This document shows, piece after piece, positions 1 through 9,865 of a stretch of 64,000 bases of DNA; position 1 is the stretch's first letter, and each line of letters opens with the position of its first letter. The notes beneath the pieces were generated by a model. The model was not told the DNA's origin and searched no databases. It saw only the letters and a program-made list of their open reading frames with translations. Origin of the DNA: Pseudomonadota bacterium (GTDB taxonomy: Bacteria > Pseudomonadota > Gammaproteobacteria > QQUJ01); contig QQUJ01000025.1 in the NCBI GenBank assembly GCA_008501635.1, positions 32,196-96,195 of the forward strand. The letters are read 5' to 3'. The translations under genes and the position numbers were made by a program.

Positions 1-1275
1 ATGAAAGTCCTTGTCATTGGCAGCGGTCTGGCCGGCGTCGCCAGCGCCTGGTTTCTGCGCCAGTACGGTGCGGAAGTTACCGTCGTGGATCGATGTGACG
101 GTGCTGCGATGGAGACCAGCCACGCCAACGCCGGCATGCTGACCCCCAGCATGGCCGACCCCTGGAACCATCCGGGGATGCTGTTGAAGCTGCTCAAGTG
201 GATCGGGCGTGAGGAGTCTCCGATGCTGTTGCGTCCCGCGGCACTGCCGGCAATGGCGGTTTGGGGACTGCAGTTTCTGCGCAACTCATCGCCCGAACGT
301 CATCGGGAGAACACACTCAAGAATCTGCGTCTCGCCAACTACAGCCTAGACATACTGCGGGAACTGCGCGCCGAGCTCGGTATCGAGTACGACAGTCTCA
401 CCGCGGGAACCCTCAAGTTCTTCCGTGATCGCAAGACGCTGGATGAGTTCGTTCAGCTGGCCGAAGTTCTGCACGAGCATGGCGTGGATTACCGCGCCCT
501 CAAAGGCGACGCCGTCATCGAACTGGAGCCCAGTCTCGCGCCCATCCGCAACGCACTGGTGGGTGGTCTGCACTTTCCTGCAGACGAATCAGGCGATGCG
601 CGACTATTTTGTGAAGCGCTGGCGACACGGGCCGGTGAACGGGGTGTCGTGTTTCGCTTCGGCGAAACCGTCAGCGATATCGTCACAGAGCGGGGCAGGT
701 TTCAGGCGCTGCTGACCTCCGCTGGCCGACTGGAAGCCGATGCCTGTGTCGTGGCAGCAGGTAGCTACAGCCCCCTGCTGGTGAAACCGCTCGGTATCAA
801 GCTACCGGTGCGCCCCGTAAAAGGGTATTCGATCACGCTGCCGCTGGGCGACTGGCATCCCCGGCCACAAATGCCGCTCATCGACGAGACGCTGCATCTC
901 GCGGCTACGCCGCTGGGCGACAAACTGCGCGTTGCCGGAACGGCTGAGTTGGCCGGTTGGGACAACCGCATTCGTCCGGAACGTATCGCCAATCTACAGC
1001 GTTTCGTAGGGCAGGTTTTTCCCACCTATCCTGCGCATCGTCATCAGGACACGATCACCGAATGGGCAGGGCTGCGACCCATGAGCACCGATGGTGTCCC
1101 CGTCATCGGCGCGACCCCTGTCGCGGGACTCTACCTGGCGACCGGTTACGGGCATCTCGGCTGGACGATGTCCTCCGGGGCAGGCGCACTTCTGGCCGCG
1201 CTCGTCACCGACCATCATCCCCCTCTGGATCTTGGACCGTACAGTCTGCAAAGACAACCGCATCCGGATCGCTAA
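1..1275 (+). CDS. dadA: D-amino acid dehydrogenase, FAD-dependent
   Basis: N-terminal VLVIGSGLAG dinucleotide fold, ETSHANAG, WAGLRPMSTDGVPVIG and GHLGWTM motifs typical of DadA. Confidence 0.9.
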   Translation: MKVLVIGSGLAGVASAWFLRQYGAEVTVVDRCDGAAMETSHANAGMLTPSMADPWNHPGMLLKLLKWIGREESPMLLRPAALPAMAVWGLQFLRNSSPERHRENTLKNLRLANYSLDILRELRAELGIEYDSLTAGTLKFFRDRKTLDEFVQLAEVLHEHGVDYRALKGDAVIELEPSLAPIRNALVGGLHFPADESGDARLFCEALATRAGERGVVFRFGETVSDIVTERGRFQALLTSAGRLEADACVVAAGSYSPLLVKPLGIKLPVRPVKGYSITLPLGDWHPRPQMPLIDETLHLAATPLGDKLRVAGTAELAGWDNRIRPERIANLQRFVGQVFPTYPAHRHQDTITEWAGLRPMSTDGVPVIGATPVAGLYLATGYGHLGWTMSSGAGALLAALVTDHHPPLDLGPYSLQRQPHPDR

Positions 1276-1335
1276 CGCACCACACAACCACGGCCGACAG
1301 TTGGTCTACGCTTGCTAGAAACGGCGGGATATCCC

Positions 1336-2229
1336 ATGCAGCACACGACTTACGCAGCACACTATCGCGGCCTGATCCTGATCCTTGTCGCCGGTTTGAT
1401 GTTGAGCGCCTGCAGCGCCACGCGCATCGCCTATCAGAATGCCGACAACCTGATCGCCGGTTACGCCGAAAAACATCTCGACCTCGGCAATGAACAATCA
1501 CAACTGCTGCGCGACCGATTGGCGGCATGGTTGGTGTGGCATCGCACCGAACAGGTACCCGGAATGCGCGAGCAACTCGACGCGATACATCGACAACTGG
1601 CCGACGGGTTGACGGCACAGGAAGCCGAGGCGGTGATCCAGGCGATACGACATGGCCTGAAGAGCGTGATCGCGGGATTGCTTCCCGCATCGGCAGAGCT
1701 CTATTCCTCACTCTCCACATCACAATTGGCCGAACTCGAAGCGGCCTTTAAAGAGAACAACGAGGAGTACCGCGAGGATCTTCTCAACGACAGTCTTGAG
1801 GCGCGTCAGGAAAAGCGCCTGCGGTGGTTCGTCAAACAGGCAGAACGCTGGGTGGGTGATCTGAGCGACGCCCAAACCAATTGGTTGGAGCTGCAATTGC
1901 TGCGCTATCCAAGCACTGCCGAGGAGTGGTTGGAGTACCGCATCGCACAACAGCAGAGACTGCTTGGCTTGCTCCGCCGACACTCCGGCGCCGCGCAAAT
2001 TGAGAAGTTTTTACTCGAATGGACGGTGGAGCGTCAGGGGTTGACCCCGTCTCTCGCGAAATCCAGGCAGGAGATGCTGAACGATGCGCCGCGTCTGCTG
2101 CTGGAGTTCGATGGCAGCCTGAGCCCTCGGCAGCGCGAGCACTGGTTGGAGCGACTGACTTTTTATCTGGGTATGGCCGATAAGATGATTCTCCCACGCG
2201 GGGAGAATAGCGCGCCTGCTCAGAACTGA
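1336..2229 (+). CDS. Putative lipoprotein (DUF6279-like)
   Basis: Hydrophobic signal with lipobox LSAC followed by SATRIAYQNAD; helical body resembles the DUF6279 lipoproteins; start ATG 1336 chosen over 1312. Confidence 0.6.
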   Translation: MQHTTYAAHYRGLILILVAGLMLSACSATRIAYQNADNLIAGYAEKHLDLGNEQSQLLRDRLAAWLVWHRTEQVPGMREQLDAIHRQLADGLTAQEAEAVIQAIRHGLKSVIAGLLPASAELYSSLSTSQLAELEAAFKENNEEYREDLLNDSLEARQEKRLRWFVKQAERWVGDLSDAQTNWLELQLLRYPSTAEEWLEYRIAQQQRLLGLLRRHSGAAQIEKFLLEWTVERQGLTPSLAKSRQEMLNDAPRLLLEFDGSLSPRQREHWLERLTFYLGMADKMILPRGENSAPAQN

Positions 2230-2292
2230 ACCCACCGGTGTTGTCTACCCGCTCCGTTACCTGCAGGCGGCGCTGGCGCTCTCCGCAGTGCG

Positions 2293-2820
2293 CTACCTGC
2301 ACTCTCCGATCGATTCGGCTGCGCAGATACGACCGTCGGTCCAGGTCGCATTATCAAAGCGCGCTTTGATGATGATCGCCCCTAGGAGATTGGCCCCACG
2401 CAGATTGGCCCCCGTCAAATCCGCATCCAGCAGATTGACACCCACCAGGTTCGCCAGCATCAGGTTGGCACCGCGCAGATTGGTGCCGTGCATGTGAGCC
2501 TTCTCCAGATTGGCCAGCATCAGGTTGGCGCCCTCCAGACTGGAGAGTTGGAGAATCGAGCCCGATAGATCGGCGCCCTGCAGATCGGCGTTGTCGAGTC
2601 GCATCGAGGCCATCGATGAATCGTGCATATCCACGCCCGCTGCCTTAGCGCCGATACGAATCGCCCACGAACACTGGGCCTCGGGTTCGAATTTACAGAG
2701 CGTGTTGATGTCTTTCAGCTTGTCGATATCTTTGGTCCAGGCCCCCGCTCCGGATGCAACCACAGCCATCAGCACGAAGCCTGCGCCAGTCAGGAAATGT
2801 CGGAAGTTACGAATACCCAT
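2293..2820 (-). CDS. Secreted pentapeptide-repeat protein
   Basis: Signal peptide, many A(D/N)LxG pentapeptides, Cys pairs at both ends. Confidence 0.85.
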   Translation of the reverse strand: MGIRNFRHFLTGAGFVLMAVVASGAGAWTKDIDKLKDINTLCKFEPEAQCSWAIRIGAKAAGVDMHDSSMASMRLDNADLQGADLSGSILQLSSLEGANLMLANLEKAHMHGTNLRGANLMLANLVGVNLLDADLTGANLRGANLLGAIIIKARFDNATWTDGRICAAESIGECR

Positions 2821-3023
2821 CTCAAAACTCCTCCTGGCCCATCTTGAGTGTCCCTCGCAGCGCCCTGCGCTGTTGCGGAATTTCTATTGTTTATCCCATT
2901 GGAGATAGAACGAGCAGAGGGGCATCATGGAGCAGAAAAGAGGGTGTGTAAAGGGAGAGACATGCGCGCGCCAGAGACCAGAGAATCAGCGGGCAACTCG
3001 GTCGTTACCCGCTATCCCGGGAT

Positions 3024-3586
3024 TCAAACGTCGATGCGTTCCAGGTATTCCTTGGCCTTTTTCAGGTATTTCGGCCACCACTTTTCGGTCTGATCGATCA
3101 GCCACTTCCTCTGATCCTTTTTCGAAGGTCCGTTGACCGCCGTGTACGCGTCAGTCACACCGCGCCAATAGGCACGGGCAAGGAGTCGTGCCAGGCGCTC
3201 ATCGTCCGGTAGCTGCTCCAGGTCGGTCACCGTTTCCTGATCGTTGGCGGCCTCTTGCAGCTCCTCAAGTTTTTCCCCCTCGGGTTGTGGGATGTACATC
3301 TGGCCAGGAACCATGAGTTTGAAATTCGCCAGTCCCTCCTCTTCCTTGATCTGTGCGAACACCTCGCAGGTCATGCAGGAGAGGCGCTTTTCCGCGAACG
3401 AGCCCTGTACCTTGCCGCCGCACAGTGTCCCGGTGACGGCCCAACAGATACGGCCGCCATTTTTGCCGCTGTTGAGGCCGTTAGCATGCGTGTCAACGGA
3501 TGCCGCGCAGACACCAACTCCGCCGACTTGATTCCGCCCGGCTCGCGGCCACACCCTTTAAAATCCCAACAGTTTGCTTTTTGCAT
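3024..3586 (-). pseudogene. Frameshifted two-CW-domain Cys-rich protein with an extra C-terminal helical domain
   Basis: MQKANCWDFKGCGREPGGIKSAEL in one frame continues as GVCAASVD...GRICWAVTGTLCGG...SCMTCEVF in another; one extra base at the CC at 3514-3515 restores a single ORF; GAGGGG RBS upstream of ATG 3586. Confidence 0.7.
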
Positions 3587-3814
3587 ACTCATCCCCTCAT
3601 TTATCAGCGAAAAACGCTCGCGGGCGCACGGCTGCGACCGCGAATTGACGACTACCGGGGATCAAAACACTAGATTTACTTATAAGTTACTATGGTTTTT
3701 GAAATATATACATTATTTAGGCGTGAAAGGTTAAATAAATTTTCATTATGAGTGCCATGGATATTAATTGGTCACCACAGCCCCCGGAGAAACGAAATTC
3801 CCTTCTGTAGCGCG

Positions 3815-4708
3815 TTACCTGTCGCGTTTTAACTCGGGATTGACTATCGGGGGCAACGATTTCAGGTAAGTGGCGATCGCCTGACGGTCCTCGGAGGTCA
3901 GCCGGCTGGTGCCGTGATCGATCACCTCGGCCATCAGGCTGCCTGCGTAATCACCATCCGGCGTTCCACCGGTCTCCAGGTACCAAACGATATCGCGTGT
4001 GCCCCACTTCCCGAGGCCGGTCGTGCGTTCCGGCGTCAGGTTGGGTACCGGATCGCCCTCCGGGCCGATCGGGTTACCCGACAATTCCAGGGATTCTCTG
4101 ACGCTACCCCACGGCGTTCGTGGTGTATGGCATTCACCACAATGGCTTAGCGCCCGCACCAGATAGGCACCGCGATTCCACTCTTCAGATCGGGTGGAAT
4201 CAGGCTCGAAGTCGGAACGGTCAAAAAACGACCATTTCCACACCCGCGCTGCTACAGAACGCACCAGGTACCAGGGCAGTTCATGAGGCCGGTTGGGTTG
4301 GGAAATCGCGGGGACCGATTGCAGGTAGGTCCACAAATCACGTGCATCCTCGATGCGCATCCGCGTATAGCTGGTGTAAGGGAACACGGGGAAATAGTGC
4401 CCGTTGGGCCCGGTCCCCTCACGCAGCGCCGAGACGAAGGTTGCTTCCGACCACCGACCTAATCCATGTTCCGGATGCGGGGTGATGTTGGGGGCATAGA
4501 AGACACCGAAAGGCGTGTTCAGGGCACGTCCTCCAGCCAGGTATTCGCCGCCCTCCGGTTCAGTATGACAGGCTGTACAACCCGCGGCGGCCAGCAGATA
4601 GCGACCGCGTTCCAGACTGCCGGAGGCGCCGAACGCAGGCGCCAGAACCATCGCGCACACCAAGCCCATGGCAGCGCCTAGTTGAATCAAACGCTGGTCG
4701 CAAAGCAT
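3815..4708 (-). CDS. Diheme c-type cytochrome (alcohol/gluconate dehydrogenase cytochrome-subunit-like)
   Basis: CTACH and CGECH heme motifs, GVFYAPNITP, PVFPYTSY; signal peptide; start inferred at ATG 4708. Confidence 0.85.
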   Translation of the reverse strand: MLCDQRLIQLGAAMGLVCAMVLAPAFGASGSLERGRYLLAAAGCTACHTEPEGGEYLAGGRALNTPFGVFYAPNITPHPEHGLGRWSEATFVSALREGTGPNGHYFPVFPYTSYTRMRIEDARDLWTYLQSVPAISQPNRPHELPWYLVRSVAARVWKWSFFDRSDFEPDSTRSEEWNRGAYLVRALSHCGECHTPRTPWGSVRESLELSGNPIGPEGDPVPNLTPERTTGLGKWGTRDIVWYLETGGTPDGDYAGSLMAEVIDHGTSRLTSEDRQAIATYLKSLPPIVNPELKRDR

Positions 4709-4718
4709 GGCGTGGTAA

Positions 4719-5177
4719 TCAGTTTTTCTTGCGCCGGTACTCCTCGTGACACCCCTTGCAGCTTTGCCCGACCGCCTTATAGGCTTGCCCGATCCTGCCC
4801 GGATCACCCGACTGGGTCGCTGCTACCAATCCCGATGCCGCTTCCTCCGCAGCGGCGACTTTGGATTTAAAGTCATCCTTGTTGCTCCAGATCTTGTCCA
4901 GAGCATCCGTCTCTCCGAAGTCGGACCCCTCGGGAAACAGTGCCGGGACGATCTTGGTGAGCGTAAGCAGTCCCTGGGCATGATCCGCCATGTTGCCGGC
5001 AAAATCGGCGCGCCCCTGCACCACCATGCCCATCGCGCCCATATAGCCGGCCTGGGCTTTCATGATGCCTTGCCGGTACTTGATGGTGCCTTCTTCGTCG
5101 GCGATGGCCTGGCCGACAAGAAGACACAGCAACATCGCTGAAATGGAAGGGATTCGCTGGGGGACGGGGTGTTTCAT
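4719..5177 (-). CDS. Class II cytochrome c' / c556
   Basis: Signal peptide, IKYRQGIM, C-terminal CKGCH; GGAGA RBS upstream of ATG 5177. Confidence 0.88.
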   Translation of the reverse strand: MKHPVPQRIPSISAMLLCLLVGQAIADEEGTIKYRQGIMKAQAGYMGAMGMVVQGRADFAGNMADHAQGLLTLTKIVPALFPEGSDFGETDALDKIWSNKDDFKSKVAAAEEAASGLVAATQSGDPGRIGQAYKAVGQSCKGCHEEYRRKKN

Positions 5178-5463
5178 GGTTGGGTTCTCCTTAACGGAAG
5201 GGACAAATGGTAAAACGCCAAAAGGTTCCAACTTATTCCGCTGTTTCATCAAATGTAGCCCATCGCGAATCAGCCATTGGCTGAAAAAGCTGACGGCGTT
5301 CAGGCGATGTTCGCCGGCAGCAGAGCCTCTTCATTCTGAAAGTCGGTGGCATCCAACAACCAGACCAAAAGGTGAGCGTCAGCAGTTTGTACCGCACCGG
5401 GCTGGTGAGGGCTTGCCGGAACGCCCAGCGCATACTGCTTTCCCCTAACGCGGACAGGGGATT

Positions 5464-6876
5464 CTACATCTCATTCCACTGGTGGAGTTTTCTTTCCAGG
5501 GTCTTGCGCCCGATGCCCAGGCGCCGGGCGGCTTCCGATTTGTTGCCCCCCGCGCTCTCCAGCACCTGCAGTATATGGCGTTTCTCGACCTCTTCCAGAG
5601 ACCACTCGGAGGGATAGCCGATGCGGCCTACCGGTTGCTTGTCGCCATTGCCGCGTTCCTGCCAACACTCGCTGGGATGCGCCCCCAGCAGCAGGCAACG
5701 CTCGATAAGGTTTTTCAACTCACGCACGTTGCCCGGCCAACCGTAGGTCTGCAACTGCTGGATATCGGCATGATCGAAAGCCAGTGCCGGAACGCCCAGT
5801 TCCGCAGCCATCCGTTCCGAGAAAAAGAAGGCGAGTTCGGGGATATCCTCGATGCGTTCGCGCAGCGGCGGCATGGTGATGGTGAGGACATTGAGGCGAT
5901 AGAAGAGATCCTCGCGGAAATTACCGAGCTCCACCTCCTTCTCGATGTGCTTGTTGGTGGCGGCAATGACGCGCACATCAACCGGCGTCTCGCGCTCACT
6001 CCCGATCGGCCGTACGGTGCGCTCCTCCAGCACCCGCAACAGCTTGGGCTGCATGGGCAGCGGCATTTCGCTGATTTCGTCGAGAAACAGGGTGCCGCCA
6101 TTGGCGTAGGTAAAGAGTCCTTCGCGTGATGTATGCGCGCCGGTAAAGGCCCCCTTGACGTGGCCGAAAAGTTCGCTCTCCAGCAATTCGGGGGAAATCG
6201 CCCCGCAGTTGATGGGCACGAAGGGGCCGTCGCGACCGCTGAACTCATGCACCGAGCGCGCAGCCAGCTCCTTACCGGTGCCCGATTCACCGGCGATATG
6301 CAGCGTCGAAGGTGTTGGTGCCACACGTTGGATGATCTCACAGACCCGCTGGATCGCCGGGCCGTGCCCCACCATACCGCCCATGTCGTACATGCCGGCT
6401 ATCTGACGGCGCAGTACAAAATTCTCGCGCGCCATACGGCGTTGATCCAGGCATCGATGGACCGATGCCAGCATCTGCTCGAGCCGGAAGGGCTTGATAA
6501 TGAAATCCGACGCCCCTGCCCGCAGTGCATCGATGGCTGTCTCCACCTCCGCGTAGGCCGTGATGAAAATGACGTCGGCACGATTGCCCTGCTCGCGCAG
6601 ATGGTGCAGCCATTTGAGTCCGTCGCAACCGGAGCGGCCTATATCGACGATCATCAGATCGAAATCGGCCTCGGCGAGCAGCACCTCGGCCTCTCGCGTG
6701 CGCTCAACCGCTTCGACCCGCTCGCAGGCGTTGGCGAGTGCGCGCTGCAGCAGGTTGCGCATCCCCGCTTCGTCATCGACGATCAGAATCGCGGCCAGAC
6801 CGCGCGCTTCGTGACGGTTTGCATTTTCTACGTCTGGCGCGGCTTGTTGCGCATCCGACGCTAACGGTGCTGCCAT
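5464..6876 (-). CDS. Sigma54-dependent response regulator (REC-AAA+-HTH, NtrC family)
   Basis: ILIVDDE receiver, GESGTGKE Walker A, intact [15 protein letters not shown]-terminal Fis-type HTH. Confidence 0.93.
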   Translation of the reverse strand: MAAPLASDAQQAAPDVENANRHEARGLAAILIVDDEAGMRNLLQRALANACERVEAVERTREAEVLLAEADFDLMIVDIGRSGCDGLKWLHHLREQGNRADVIFITAYAEVETAIDALRAGASDFIIKPFRLEQMLASVHRCLDQRRMARENFVLRRQIAGMYDMGGMVGHGPAIQRVCEIIQRVAPTPSTLHIAGESGTGKELAARSVHEFSGRDGPFVPINCGAISPELLESELFGHVKGAFTGAHTSREGLFTYANGGTLFLDEISEMPLPMQPKLLRVLEERTVRPIGSERETPVDVRVIAATNKHIEKEVELGNFREDLFYRLNVLTITMPPLRERIEDIPELAFFFSERMAAELGVPALAFDHADIQQLQTYGWPGNVRELKNLIERCLLLGAHPSECWQERGNGDKQPVGRIGYPSEWSLEEVEKRHILQVLESAGGNKSEAARRLGIGRKTLERKLHQWNEM

Positions 6877-7074
6877 ACCTCAGATCCCTCGAAATGGTTC
6901 CAAATGGCCCAATTCTGTCCCTTCAACTGACCCGCAAGCGATTCACAATGAACATGAATCACTCTACTGCGTCATAATGAACCAATGACAACCGATCAGG
7001 CATTACCCCATAACTGCGGTTCACTACGTAATCCCCATTAAATCCAAGGTGTAATGAAGTACCCGCTTTTCCCG

Positions 7075-7089
7075 TGGCATAGGATTTGC
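7075..7089 (+). promoter_or_regulatory. Sigma54 (-24/-12) promoter upstream of mobA
   Basis: TGGCAT-AGGAT-TTGC fits TGGCAC-N5-TTGC with exact GG/GC spacing, 76 bp before the mobA ATG and divergent from a sigma54 activator. Confidence 0.75.
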
Positions 7090-7165
7090 CATCACCGTGC
7101 CGATCTGAGAAAAGAGGTTCGTTGAATCGTTAACACGAAATCACCATTGCAGATCTGGAAGAACG

Positions 7166-7771
7166 ATGAACACTGATTCTAATAATAGACTCTCCCTGAC
7201 GGGTGTGGCGCTCGCCGGCGGCATGGGACGACGTATGGGGGGGCAAGACAAGGGGCTGATCCTGCTGGCCGGACGTCCCATGATCGAGTACGTCCTGGAT
7301 GCGCTGCGCGACCAGGTGGACAGTTTGATCATCAGTGCCAACCGCAATCAGGAGGTCTACGCGGCCTATGGCGTTCCGGTGGTCAGTGATGACATAGGCA
7401 ACTACTTCGGACCCCTGGCAGGTATGACCAGCGCCATGAACGTCGCCCCCGCAGGGCTGCTTCTGACCGCACCTTGCGATTCCCCGCTGGTCGCGAAAGA
7501 CTATGCGAGTCGCATGCGCCAGGCTTTGGTAGAGAATAGGGCAGAAATTGCCGTCGCCCACGACGGCGAGCGGTTGCAACCGGTGTTCGCCCTGCTGCTC
7601 ACCTCTTTACGCCAGGATCTGATCGGATTTCTCGAATCCGGCGAACGCAAGATCGACCGCTGGTATTCGCGGCATCGCATGGTTGAGGTCGATTTTTCCG
7701 ATCGCGCGGAGATGTTCTTGAACGTCAATCGTCCCGAGGATCGCGAAGCCCTGGAGATGCGGCTTGGATAG
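7166..7771 (+). CDS. mobA: Molybdenum cofactor guanylyltransferase
   Basis: LAGGMGRRMGGQDKGL, GPLAG, APCDSP, FLNVNRPED. Confidence 0.95.
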   Translation: MNTDSNNRLSLTGVALAGGMGRRMGGQDKGLILLAGRPMIEYVLDALRDQVDSLIISANRNQEVYAAYGVPVVSDDIGNYFGPLAGMTSAMNVAPAGLLLTAPCDSPLVAKDYASRMRQALVENRAEIAVAHDGERLQPVFALLLTSLRQDLIGFLESGERKIDRWYSRHRMVEVDFSDRAEMFLNVNRPEDREALEMRLG

Positions 7772-7828
7772 CGGCAACGCCGGTGCGCAAACGCACCCAC
7801 ACCATCTTTACACCAGAGGACCACAGGT

Positions 7829-8368
7829 TTGTTGACGAAACCCATACTCGGCATCGCCGCTTACAGCGGAACGGGCAAAACAACCCTGTTGCGTCAGGTT
7901 ATTCCCCTTCTCGGCCAGCGCGGTATAAGGGTTGGGATGATCAAGCACGCTCACCACAAACTGGAAATCGACACACCCGGCAAGGACAGCTATGAGTTGC
8001 GCAAATCCGGCGCCGATCAGGTTTTGGTGGCCTCCAATCGTATGTGGGCATTGATGGTGGATACCCCAGGCCAGGATGAGCCACAGCTCGATGAACTGGT
8101 GCGCAAGCTGGATCAGGAGCGCATCGATCTGATTCTCGTGGAAGGCTTCAAACAGGGCCGCTTTCCCAAAATCGAACTGCATCGACCGAGCGTCAATAAG
8201 CCGCTGATTTTTCCCAAAGACGACACCATCATCGCGATAGCCTGCGACGCCGAGCTATCGACAGCAACGGACCTGCCGTTGCTGGACATCAACAGTCCGC
8301 AACAGATAGCCGATTTCATATGCAGCTATGTGGAAACTGCAGGATCCGTCACTGCCTCCATGCCCTGA
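7829..8368 (+). CDS. mobB: Molybdopterin-guanine dinucleotide biosynthesis protein B
   Basis: AYSGTGKTTLL, IKHAHH, DTPGKDSY, LVEGFK; exact start uncertain. Confidence 0.93.
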   Translation: MLTKPILGIAAYSGTGKTTLLRQVIPLLGQRGIRVGMIKHAHHKLEIDTPGKDSYELRKSGADQVLVASNRMWALMVDTPGQDEPQLDELVRKLDQERIDLILVEGFKQGRFPKIELHRPSVNKPLIFPKDDTIIAIACDAELSTATDLPLLDINSPQQIADFICSYVETAGSVTASMP

Positions 8369-8475
8369 TCCTCATTCCCCGTACTGCAGGCGTCCGATGA
8401 TCCTGATCATAGGCAAGCGGGAGCGGCCACGGTTAGTATCGCACTCGTTCAGGGCTGAGGTCGTGGAGGTGCTCA

Positions 8476-8925
8476 GTGCGCAAAATCCAAATCGCGATGG
8501 TAGTGGCGTGGTTCACTGTCGCCGGCGAAACGGTTGCCGCCGCGGGAGATCAACGCCAGATGGTGGAGTTGCCTCCCATGATGCAGGAACACATGCTGGG
8601 TAATATGCGTGACCACCTGCTGGCTCTCAATGAAGTACTGCTGATGCTCGCGGCAGGGGACATGGATCAGGCAGGCCAGATAGCGGAAAACAGGATCGGA
8701 CTTTCATCACTGCAGCTCCACGGTGCTTCACATATGGCGCCGTTCATGCCGGAACAGATGCGTACCATCGGGACTGATCTTCACAAGGCAGCGAGTCGCT
8801 TTGCGGTGGTGGCGCAAGACGCCGGAGTTGAGCACAGCTATGCGGCACAGCAGAAGGTGTATGGCGCGCTGGCGGAGATCACCGCCCGCTGCAATGCCTG
8901 CCACGCGGCGTTTCGCATTCGCTGA
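8476..8925 (+). CDS. Periplasmic class II-like monoheme cytochrome c
   Basis: Signal peptide, helical Met/His-rich body, C-terminal CNACH. Confidence 0.75.
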   Translation: MRKIQIAMVVAWFTVAGETVAAAGDQRQMVELPPMMQEHMLGNMRDHLLALNEVLLMLAAGDMDQAGQIAENRIGLSSLQLHGASHMAPFMPEQMRTIGTDLHKAASRFAVVAQDAGVEHSYAAQQKVYGALAEITARCNACHAAFRIR

Positions 8926-9126
8926 TCAAGCGACACCGTCGAAATCGGTCCCTGGTTTAAGACCGAAATGCATCTCCAGATCCAATTCGTGGATCAAACC
9001 GTTGACCGCCGACGGGCCATGCTCGAGTTGAATCTCGCGCAGTATCAGTCGCGCCGCATCGCGGTTGCACCCGCTGCCGAATTCGACCCGCACGCGAATC
9101 GGTTCACGTGCTCTTGCGATGGTCAT
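8926..9126 (-). CDS. Small conserved hypothetical protein
   Basis: 66-aa ORF with protein-like composition (EFGSGCNRDAARLIL...ELDLE), in tandem with the next minus-strand ORF. Confidence 0.6.
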   Translation of the reverse strand: MTIARAREPIRVRVEFGSGCNRDAARLILREIQLEHGPSAVNGLIHELDLEMHFGLKPGTDFDGVA

Positions 9127-9177
9127 TCGCTTTAATTACTCCGCAGCGTCGGGAGCACGGGCGCTACTTCACGCCAG

Positions 9178-9630
9178 TCAGGGTGCAGGGCGCACCGATC
9201 GTCCCTGATAGTGAGATATGGATCGAATGACTTCTTCCATCGGGATCTCGGCAAGCGCCCCGAATCGGTTTTTCGCGTCCGTTATCAGCGCGTAGATATC
9301 GTCCACCGACTTACTCTCCGAATCCGGGTCCAGCGTCTGCCGCAAGCCCATCAAGCCGCCCCCCTGGACCTTGATCTCCTTGGCATGCGGCAACGGACCT
9401 GTGATGTGCGTGAGATGCAGCGCAAACCGGGCGTGTTCATGAACCAATCTCAAGAATTCGCTGCAGCTCAACTGCGCGGATTGCGAAGCGCATGAGATCC
9501 CCTCTCTCTCCGCCAGGTTGAATTTCTGCGCGTTTCCACACCCGCACCGACCCGAGAGGATGATCTTCTCAAATGAGCAGGGTATATCCTGGAGATCCAG
9601 GTAAGTCTTTCTGAGTTCGTTTTCATCCAT
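9178..9630 (-). CDS. Cys-rich hypothetical protein
   Basis: 150 aa, ATG start, CSFEK..RCGCG..ISC..SC pattern, LPHAK motif; divergent from moeA. Confidence 0.7.
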   Translation of the reverse strand: MDENELRKTYLDLQDIPCSFEKIILSGRCGCGNAQKFNLAEREGISCASQSAQLSCSEFLRLVHEHARFALHLTHITGPLPHAKEIKVQGGGLMGLRQTLDPDSESKSVDDIYALITDAKNRFGALAEIPMEEVIRSISHYQGRSVRPAP

Positions 9631-9865
9631 CGGAAAGTATCTTCATACCAACGGTACCGCGAGAAGGTGCGCTACGCCGGCTACTATTCAACGAATAACA
9701 CGAAAGCCCGGCGCGTTTCAGATACTACGCCACCAGCAGGGATCAATATAGCGTCTCAGTACTCTGACATCACACCTGGCCGTGTTTCGTGCAAGAGCCG
9801 CATTTGCCCCATGAATGCGGTAAGCTATTGCGCCTTGCAGAAATAATCCGCACACGAGGAAGACC

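Noticed and set aside
2380-2620. Short repeats (CAGATTGGC / CAGGTTGGC) as a CRISPR array
   Set aside because: They are codons of the pentapeptide repeats, with no unique spacers; no cas genes in the window
3743-3757. Minus-strand TGGCAC-TCATA-ATGA as a sigma54 promoter
   Set aside because: Lacks the conserved -12 GC
9631-9865. Moco riboswitch upstream of moeA
   Set aside because: No recognisable conserved Moco-RNA motifs or stems
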